A stretch of 27,101 nt of DNA from assembly GCF_004010195.1 (NCBI RefSeq), contig NC_057750.1:9334163-9361263 (forward strand). The letters run 5' to 3'. Under the pieces are notes generated by a model. That model worked only from the letters and a program-made list of their open reading frames with translations, searched no databases and had not been told where the DNA came from. The translations under genes were made by a program, and so were the position numbers. The stretch is from Chiloscyllium plagiosum (taxonomy: Eukaryota). This document shows positions 19,624 through 27,101 of the stretch, one piece after another; the first letter of the stretch is position 1, and each line of letters begins with the position of its first letter.

Positions 19624-20404
19624 TTTTTCTCTTTCTTTTTTTTCCTTCTTTTTTTTTAATTACCCCCACACTCCCGCCTAACTGCGGGAGTGCTTATTTA
19701 TTCCCCAGCCCCCATGGTGTGTGTGTGTGCAGGTGTGAGACACAGTGAGAGACACAAGGTGTACGAATCTTTATTCAATTTCCACCACCAGGAAGATAGG
19801 AAAACACCCGGGTGGCCAGTGACAAACACTGCCCTTCACATCAAAGGGCAGTGCTGTGTAATCAAACAGTGAAGGGGAGGGTAGGGACTAAATCAACCAG
19901 GAGCAGGCCCACGAGGAGGTCTTCAGACCTGCCCTCCTTCCTCCGTACCGGGTGCCCAAAGATCAGGAGCGTGGGACTGAAGTGCAGCCAAAAACAGAGG
20001 AGAAGGTTTTTCAGGAAATCAAAAAGGGAGTGCAAACGCTCACACCCAATATATACATGGTCCACAGACTCAGCGCCACAGCGCCACAGAACAAGCAGTT
20101 GGGCTGGGAATCTGCGGTTGCAGGGGACTGCTGCGTGCAACACACTCCACCCCAGATCCCCGAGAGAAAGGGGGAGGACTCCCGCGTAGAGAGCCCTCTA
20201 CTGGGGATCCCCACCGCCCGGTGGCAAATGGGCACGCCAAGGCGTGTCCAGACGGTGGATGAGGGAGAAGAGGTGGACGGTGTGCAGCAGCAGTCGATAC
20301 AGGGCCCGTCTTTTTACATCCTTAAAAGGGACAAAATTAAAATTCCGGAGGCGGCTCAGGTTATGGGACACAGGCTCCCGCGGGAAGTATGGGACCTTGG
20401 GGAG
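19624..20404 (-). mobile_element. 5'-truncated Tx1/L1-clade LINE (ORF2 zinc-knuckle region, 3'UTR, A-rich tail)
   Basis: RRALYRLLLHT...DTPWRAHLP...PQ*RALYAGVLPLSLGDLGWSVLHAAVPCN / CLFCG / ESVDHVYIGCERL (CCHC-type knuckle); T-rich run 19624-19657 on +; TSD gatctctttta (19613-19623, 20405-20415). Confidence 0.85.
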
Positions 20405-20469
20405 GATCTCTTTTACTCCTGGGTTGACCAATTGTCCAATGAAAGCTTTGAGCCACTGAGGGATAACTG

Positions 20470-20960
20470 CCAATTTGCAACTCTCGGCTCATCCACTGTG
20501 GAAGCCCTCACCCAAACCTTTGTTACCCCTTGACCTCGATGATTCCAACACATCCCTGATTTCCCAGACTGCAACTTCTGTAAACTTGACATTCACCAGA
20601 ACATTGGTGACACATCCTGGTGGCCAATACCCACTGTCCCCATTGACTTCTACTCAAGGCCTTGCTTTCAAATCCCTTCATGACCCTCTCCCCCTCCTTA
20701 ACTCCAGACCCTCCTCCTACCCCTCAACCATCTGAGATCTCAGCACCCCATAATTTTCTTCTCTCTGCCATTGGCCGCCATGTTCCAGTTCCCCTGGGTC
20801 CCAAACTCTGGAATCCTGCCCCCCTAAACCTCTTCGCCTCTTGCTCTCCCTTTGACCAGTTTTACAGCTGATGCCATTTTATGGAGGTCCAGTGTCAATT
20901 TTTGCTTTATGCCGTGCAAATGAAATAGGGGTGCTGTGTAAATGCAAGTTGTTGTTGTCG
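20470..20960 (+). mobile_element. L2 LINE 3' fragment
   Basis: LGSSTVEALTQTFVT (L2 'AETLIHAFVTSRLDY'-like), LAFKSLH, ctctggaatc, and tail gtaaatgcaagttgttgttg. Confidence 0.7.
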
Positions 20961-21079
20961 AGCTGCGTGGCTGAAGTGGATGGTGGCACTGTAGGTTGAA
21001 GCTAAGCAGACACTGTGACATGGCTGCCCTCTGGTGGCGTAGCATTGAACTGCCATGCAGTTATCCCAGAAGTGGAGGA

Positions 21080-21405
21080 AGTAAGAGTGCAGGCCATTTG
21101 GCTCTTTGAGCGCGCTACACCATTCAATTAAACTCAAGGCTGGTCTATCAGCTCAATGTTATTTTTCTGCACTTTCCACAAATCCCTTGAGATCTTTAAA
21201 GTCTGGAAATATCTGTCTGGAAAATACTCAATGATTCAGCCTCCAGGTCACAGGATGCCAAAGATTCACTGGCCCCTGAGTAAAGGAATTCTTCCTCATC
21301 TTAGTCTTCAATGGCCTGCTCCTTTCCCCTTGAATGCATTCCCCTGGATGCCCCTGATCGAGTGGAAAACGTCCTTCCAGCATCTATCTTATCGAGTCCC
21401 GTCAG
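21080..21405 (-). mobile_element. Older CR1 3' remnant
   Basis: aggccatttggctctttgagc tail; ccaaagattcact...ctgagtaaaggaattcttcctcatcttagtctt. Confidence 0.65.
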
Positions 21406-21407
21406 AA

Positions 21408-22520
21408 TTACAGTCATCGAGACATACAGCACAGAAACAGACCCTTCGGCCCAACTTGTCCATGCCAGCCAGGTTTCTGAAACTGAACTAGTCCCTTTCA
21501 CCAGCACTTGGCCCCCGATCCCTCCAAACCCTTCCTATTCATGTACCCATCCAGATGCCTTTTAAATGTTGTAACTGTACCAGCCTCCAGCACTTCCACT
21601 GGCAGCTCATTCCATACACGTAGCACCCTCTGTGTGTGAAAAAGTTGCCCCTCAGGTTCCTTTTAAATCTTTCCCCTCTCACCTTAAACCTATGCCTCTA
21701 GTTCTGGTCTCCCTGCCCCAGGGAAAAGACCTTGTCTATTTACCTTATCCATGGAAGAGAGGTGACCTGATCGAGGTGTACAAGGTACTGAGAGGCACAG
21801 ATAGAGTCAATAGCCAGAGACATTTCCCCAGGGCAGCATTGACTGGCACAAGGGGTCATAATTTAGGAGGAAGGTATAGAGGGGACATCAGAGGTAGGTT
21901 CTTTAGGCAGAGAGTTGTGAATACATGGAATGTGTTGCCATTCGGCAAAGGAAATCTGCTGTCCTGGTGGTGGAAGCAGAGTCACTGGGGACATTTAAGT
22001 GACTGCTGGACATGCACGTGGACAGCAGTGAATTGAGGGGTGTGGAGATTAGGCTATTTTAGATTAGGAATAATCCTCGGCACAACATCGTGGGCCGAAG
22101 GGCCTGTTCTGTGCTGTACTTTTCCATGTTCTATGTCCCTCATGATTTTATAAACCTCTATAAGGTCACCCCTCAGCCTCCAACACTCGAGGTGAAAAAC
22201 ATATCCCAGTCTATCCAGCCTCTCCTTACATCTCAAATCTTCCAGTCTCGGCAACGTCTTTGTAAACTGGTTTTGCACCTTTTCCAGTTTAATAACAGCC
22301 TTCCTATAGCAGAGCGACCAGAATTATACACAGTACTCGAGATGTGGCCTCACCAATATCTTGTACAGCTGTAACATGACATCCCAACCCCTGTACTCAG
22401 TGCTCTGACTGATGATGGCAAGCGTGCCAAATGCCTGTTCCCACCTGTGGTGCCACCTCCGAGGAGCTATGTGCCTGCACCACTCGATCTCTCTGTTTGA
22501 CAATGCTCATCAGTGCCCTC
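21408..22520 (-). mobile_element. CR1 fragment (21408-21752 and 22136-22520) split by a plus-strand CR1
   Basis: Colinear with 237-745; ORF 22054-22278 includes RLRGDLIEVYKIMR. Confidence 0.85.
21753..22135 (+). mobile_element. Nested CR1 3' fragment, third subfamily
   Basis: RGDLIEVYKVLRGTDRVNSQRHFP...TRGHN...GRFFRQRVVNTWNVLP; tail gggccgaagggcctgttctgtgctgtacttttccatgttctatg. Confidence 0.88.
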
Positions 22521-22687
22521 GTTTCTTGTACAATTCTCTCCCGCTCACGCTCTCTTATTTGGAGAGTGGAATCTGACTGCGCATTGGAGTATAATAAACT
22601 GAAGGGGGCCTTTCTGGTGATTTAAATAGAGAGGGACACTCAACATGTGTGAAGATAGACAATAAACAGCACCAAACTATATTTTCT

Positions 22688-22990
22688 TATTCGTCATTCA
22701 CAGAGTCTGCGCGTCGCTGTTAGGCCAGCATTGTGGCCAGCTCTGATGGTCCAGAAGCCATTGGTATGAAGTCACATGTAGGCCAGACTGGGTAAGGACA
22801 GCAGATTTCCTTTGCCGAAGGACATTAATGAGCTGGATGCGTTTTTAACAGCAGGCAGCAATGATTGCAATAGCGTTTTATGCATTTTTGTAAAGAATTA
22901 AATTCAAACCCCACCATCTGCTATGATGGGATATGAACCCCCACCCCCCCTGTCCCTTGAGGGGTATAAGTCCAGTGATGTTACCACCCC
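22688..22990 (-). mobile_element. SINE 'family B'
   Basis: gcgtcgctgttaggccagcatt tail; agtcacatgtaggccagactgggtaaggacagcagatttcc; B-box reverse complement gggatatgaaccc. Confidence 0.75.
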
Positions 22991-23149
22991 CTGACCACCT
23001 TCACAGTAATGGATCATGGCTGCAGACCAGGGATTAGACCTCAAATTTATTTGGCTCACTCCAATACCAGGGGGACTGATCCCATCAGTGAAAATGGAAA
23101 TAATTGCAGGTGCAAATAAGAAAGTTCACAAATCCATGGGTAGATTATT

Positions 23150-23295
23150 TAGGGAGACAATAGCCTAGTGGTATTATCATTGGAGTGTTAATGTAGAGGT
23201 CCAGGTAATGTTTGGGGACCTGGGCTCAAATCCCACCACAGCAGACGGTGAAATTTAAATTCAATAAAAAAAATCTGGAATGAGAAGTGTTATGG
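23150..23295 (+). mobile_element. SINE 'family B' 5' half
   Basis: tagcctagtggtattatca A box; ggggacctgggctcaaatccc B box. Confidence 0.75.
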
Positions 23296-23329
23296 ACCAG
23301 GCCAGACTCTGCCCCCCACAAAGCATTTT

Positions 23330-23543
23330 AAGTGGCTCAATGATTAGCACTGCTGCCTCACAGCACCAGGGACCTGGGTTCGATTCCAGCCTTGGGCGAC
23401 TGTCTGTGTGGAGTTTGCACGTTCTCCCCGTGTCTGTGTGGGTTTCCTCCGGGTACTCCGGTTTCCTCCCACAATCCAAAGATATACAAGTTAGGGTGGA
23501 TTGGCTGCACTAAATTGCCCGTAGTGTTAGGTCAGAGGGAAAT
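23330..23543 (+). mobile_element. HE1-type SINE whose 3' part expanded into a minisatellite
   Basis: tggctcaatga A box, ggttcgattcc B box, V-domain. Confidence 0.88.
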
Positions 23544-24253
23544 GGGTCTGGGTGGGTTACTCGTCAGAGGGTCTGGGTGGGTTACTCGTCAGAGGGTCTG
23601 GGTGGGTTACTCGTCAGAGGGTCTGGGTGGGTTACTCGTCAGAGGGTCTGGGTGGGTTACTCGTCAGAGGGTCTGGGTGGGTTACTCGTCAGAGGGTCTG
23701 GGTGGGTTACTCGTCAGAGGGTCTGGGTGGGTTACTCGTCAGAGGGTCTGGGTGGGTTACTCGTCAGAGGGTCTGGGTGGGTTACTCGTCAGAGGGTCTG
23801 GGTGGGTTACTCGTCAGAGGGTCTGGGTGGGTTACTCGTCAGAGGGTCTGGGTGGGTTACTCGTCAGAGGGTCTGGGTGGGTTACTCGTCAGAGGGTCTG
23901 GGTGGGTTACTCGTCAGAGGGTCTGGGTGGGTTACTCGTCAGAGGGTCTGGGTGGGTTACTCGTCAGAGGGTCTGGGTGGGTTACTCGTCAGAGGGTCTG
24001 GGTGGGTTACTCGTCAGAGGGTCTGGGTGGGTTACTCGTCAGAGGGTCTGGGTGGGTTACTCGTCAGAGGGTCTGGGTGGGTTACTCGTCAGAGGGTCGG
24101 TGTGGGTTACTGGTCAGAGAGTCTGGGTGGGTTACTCGTCAGAGGGTCAGTGTGGGTTACTCGTCAGAGGGTCTGGATGGGTTACTCGTCAGAGGGTCTG
24201 GGTGGGTTACTGGTCAGAGGGTCTGGGTGGGTTACTGGTCAGAGGGTCTGGAT
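23544..24253 (+). repeat. 25-bp G-rich minisatellite, at least 28 copies, running into the gap
   Basis: Unit gggtctgggtgggttactcgtcaga; identical copies up to about 24090, variant units afterwards. Confidence 0.97.
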
Positions 24254-24753
24254 NNNNNNNNNNNNNNNNNNNNNNNNNNNNNNNNNNNNNNNNNNNNNNN
24301 NNNNNNNNNNNNNNNNNNNNNNNNNNNNNNNNNNNNNNNNNNNNNNNNNNNNNNNNNNNNNNNNNNNNNNNNNNNNNNNNNNNNNNNNNNNNNNNNNNNN
24401 NNNNNNNNNNNNNNNNNNNNNNNNNNNNNNNNNNNNNNNNNNNNNNNNNNNNNNNNNNNNNNNNNNNNNNNNNNNNNNNNNNNNNNNNNNNNNNNNNNNN
24501 NNNNNNNNNNNNNNNNNNNNNNNNNNNNNNNNNNNNNNNNNNNNNNNNNNNNNNNNNNNNNNNNNNNNNNNNNNNNNNNNNNNNNNNNNNNNNNNNNNNN
24601 NNNNNNNNNNNNNNNNNNNNNNNNNNNNNNNNNNNNNNNNNNNNNNNNNNNNNNNNNNNNNNNNNNNNNNNNNNNNNNNNNNNNNNNNNNNNNNNNNNNN
24701 NNNNNNNNNNNNNNNNNNNNNNNNNNNNNNNNNNNNNNNNNNNNNNNNNNNNN
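24254..24753. other. Scaffold gap (500 N)
   Basis: Exactly 500 N. Confidence 0.99.
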
Positions 24754-25200
24754 ACCTGCTGAAGCCCTCGCCAACGCATTCCATTCCGATCTCCCACCTG
24801 TACTCGCTGTAAATGTCAGTTTGTAGGATAATCTTGCTGCTGATTGACATAATGCAGTGCATTCCCCTCGCACCCCCTGTGTGCGATGACCCACACTGGA
24901 TCCCAGTCGAGCAACAGCCTGATTTTAAAACTCTCCTCTTTGTTTCCAAATCCCTCTGCGGCCTGTCCCCCCGTACAGAACCCTGTCATCTCATTCAGCC
25001 CCGCGACCCGTTGAAATTTTGGAGCGTGGCCTTTTCTGCCCTGTTGGATTCCTAGCTCTCAGCCTTCAGCCGCTTGAGTACAAAACTCTGGAACCCACCC
25101 CTAAAGTCCCCCTGCCCCTCTCCCACCCCTTGATGCTGCCCCAAGTCCCCCACGTGTCAAATTATTTGCTGGCACACTACATCAGAGGCGCACTCCGGTG
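24754..25200 (+). mobile_element. L2 LINE ORF2 C-terminal fragment
   Basis: PAEALANAF and PPVCDDPHWIPVEQQPDFKTLLFVSKSLCGLSP resemble the L2 'TPVL..LHWLPV.QRIDFKILLLVFK.LHGLAP' motif. Confidence 0.8.
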
Positions 25201-25271
25201 GACATCAGGGAAAGGCCAATAATTGCAGGTACCTCTGGATCGTCCAATAAGGGCAGGATTTTATAATTAGA

Positions 25272-25570
25272 ATCAGAATCCCCACTGTGTGGGAACAGGC
25301 CATTTGGCCTACACTGACCCTCGGAAAATAATCCCACCCAAACCCATTCCACCTCCACCTATTAATCTCTATTTCCCCTAAATAATGCATCCCTGCACCA
25401 CTATGGGGCAATTTAGCATGGCCTAAAGTGCACATCTTTGTGACTGTGGGAGGAGACCCACGCCGACACGAGAGAATGTGCAAACTCCACACAGACAGTC
25501 GCCCGAGGCAGGAATTGAACCAGGTCCCTGGCGACGTGAGGCAGCAGTGCTAACCACTGAGCCACCGTGC
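25272..25570 (-). mobile_element. HE1-type SINE
   Basis: Reverse-complement head gcagcagtgctaaccactgagccaccgtgc; tail agaatccccactgtgtggg. Confidence 0.88.
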
Positions 25571-25577
25571 TCTTTAG

Positions 25578-26347
25578 AGGACTATAGTAGCCTAGTGGTA
25601 TTATCAGTAGACCAAAGGTAATGTCATCACAGATTGACTCTCTGAACCAGAGAGGAATGACCAGGGTTGGGGGGGGTTGTGGGGGGGGTGGTTTAACCTG
25701 AGGGTCACCACAACCTGAGAAGAGAAGGAGAAGGTGGTTCCTCTGTGCAAACTTCAACCAGGGCAGGATTTGTACCCACTTCACTCTGTGTGGGGCAGAC
25801 CCGCCAACTGAGCTAACCAGCCTCTCAGAATGCTGTCAATCCAGAAACCCAGGTAATGTTCTGGGGACCTGGGTTCAAACCTCATCACGACAGATGGCGA
25901 ACTTTTGAATTCAGTTTAAAAAAATACAATTTGCAAATTAAAAGTCTAATAATGACCATGAAACTGTTGTCAAAGAAAACCCATCTGGCTCCTTTCAACA
26001 CTGTTTTGATTTCACCCCCTCCCCCTCCTTTACTTTTGATGGTCTTAACAGACTTTGCACATACATTAATTAATTGGAAAATGCCGGGTGATTTGCTTGT
26101 GGCAGTTAATAGATAAAATAAAATACCACTGGCTGTTTGGTGATGGAGAGAAAAACTATTCCATTGTGTATAAGTGCATCTTCAGATGTAAAAGTCAAAA
26201 ATACCTATCTGGTTCACTAATGCCCTTTTAAGAAGGGAAATCTGCCATTTTTACTCACTCTGGACTACACGTGACTCCAGACCCACTGTTCCTATCTGCC
26301 CTCTGGACAATTAGTGATTTGTGCCCCTGTCCCGGGAATGAATTAAA
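25578..26347 (+). mobile_element. SINE 'family B' carrying two insertions
   Basis: Head tagcctagtggtattatcagtagac (about 25588-25613), resumes about 25835, body ...ccatctgg|ttcactaatgccc..., tail atgaattaaaa. Confidence 0.78.
25612..25822 (-). mobile_element. Short tRNA-derived SINE 'family D' nested in family B
   Basis: Reverse-complement head gccaactgagctaacc (A box), caggatttgtaccc (B box), body ggtggtttaacctgagggtcaccac. Confidence 0.6.
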
Positions 26348-26399
26348 ATCAGCCCTGCGCAACTCTCTGGGGCATCAGAGAATCAGTATCTTCAGGAGA

Positions 26400-26652
26400 G
26401 AATCATAGTGGAAACTATGGAAACTGGCCCTTCAGCCCAACAAGTCCACACCAACCCTCTGAAGAGTAACCCCCCCAAACCCATTCCCCATTACTCTACA
26501 TTTACCTCTGACTAACGCACCTAGCCTACACACCTCTGAAAACTTAGCATGGTCAGTCCACCCGAACCTGCACATCTTTGGACTGTGGAAGGAAACCGGA
26601 GCACCCGCAGGAAACCCACACGGACACGGGGAGAATGTGCAAACACCACACT
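26400..26652 (-). mobile_element. HE1-type SINE lacking the tRNA head
   Basis: V-domain ggaaacccacacggacacggggagaatgtgcaaac and tail. Confidence 0.85.
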
Positions 26653-26802
26653 GAGGGGGAGAGGGAATAAAGGGGAATGATGTGGTGGTGGGCTGGTGAC
26701 AACAGAGGATGGAATGAGTGAACAAATGAAATGCTGGGGGCAGGGAAGAGAACTTTGTAGTGGGTTATGATAAACACCTGGCATTGGCTGGGGAGGTAAT
26801 TA

Positions 26803-27095
26803 TCATAGAATGCCTACAGTGTGGAAGCACATCAATTGACCCATCAAGTCGACACTGCGCCTCCGAAGAACATCCCACCCAGGTTAGGGTAGATTGGCCA
26901 TGGGGGAATGCAGAGTAACAGGGGCTGGTTATCAATCCACCCTGACCTGCACATCTTGAGACTGTGGGAGGAAACCGGAGCAAACCCACGCAGACACGGG
27001 GAGAAGGTGCAAACTCCACACAGACAGTCGCCCGAGGCTGGAATCGAACCTGGGTCCCAGGCGCTGTGAGGCAGCAGTGCTAACCAACGTGCCCC
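26803..27095 (-). mobile_element. HE1-type SINE with an internal inversion
   Basis: Head at about 27035-27095; segment 26881-26928 is in the opposite orientation. Confidence 0.85.
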
Positions 27096-27101
27096 CCCCC
27101 C

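Noticed and set aside
19952..20533. 193-aa plus-strand ORF
   Set aside because: Antisense of the Tx1/L1 fragment running into an L2 remnant.
23392..24826. Long ORFs of 411-456 aa
   Set aside because: Translations of a stop-free 25-bp tandem repeat plus the N gap.

Overview
Eukaryotic vertebrate genomic DNA, almost certainly from a shark or other cartilaginous fish, judged from its repeat families (HE1-type tRNA-derived V-SINEs, several CR1 subfamilies, L2, Deu-domain SINE remnants). The window is a repeat-dense intronic or intergenic mosaic with two 500-N scaffold gaps. Most ORFs in the supplied track are translations of decayed retroelements, tandem repeats or gaps. Items of most interest: (1) five copies of a minimal type-I hammerhead ribozyme motif (CTGANGA-A-stem II-GAAA-short palindromic stem III) in two families of short Penelope-like remnants; one core is intact (12856-12883), stem I covaries between copies, some copies are fold-backs, and three sit in CR1 copies with 14-17 bp target duplications; (2) a candidate first coding exon on the minus strand (16757-16579) with a GTAAGA donor; (3) a 5'-truncated Tx1/L1-clade LINE with a clean TSD, TTTT/A target and two 3'UTR hairpins; (4) two minisatellites (52 bp and 25 bp units) born from HE1 SINE segments; (5) short inverted copies of nearby DNA inserted into old repeats (templated insertions); (6) a possible LTR remnant. 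Family names come from my recognition of the sequences, not a database search, and boundaries are approximate unless a TSD is given.
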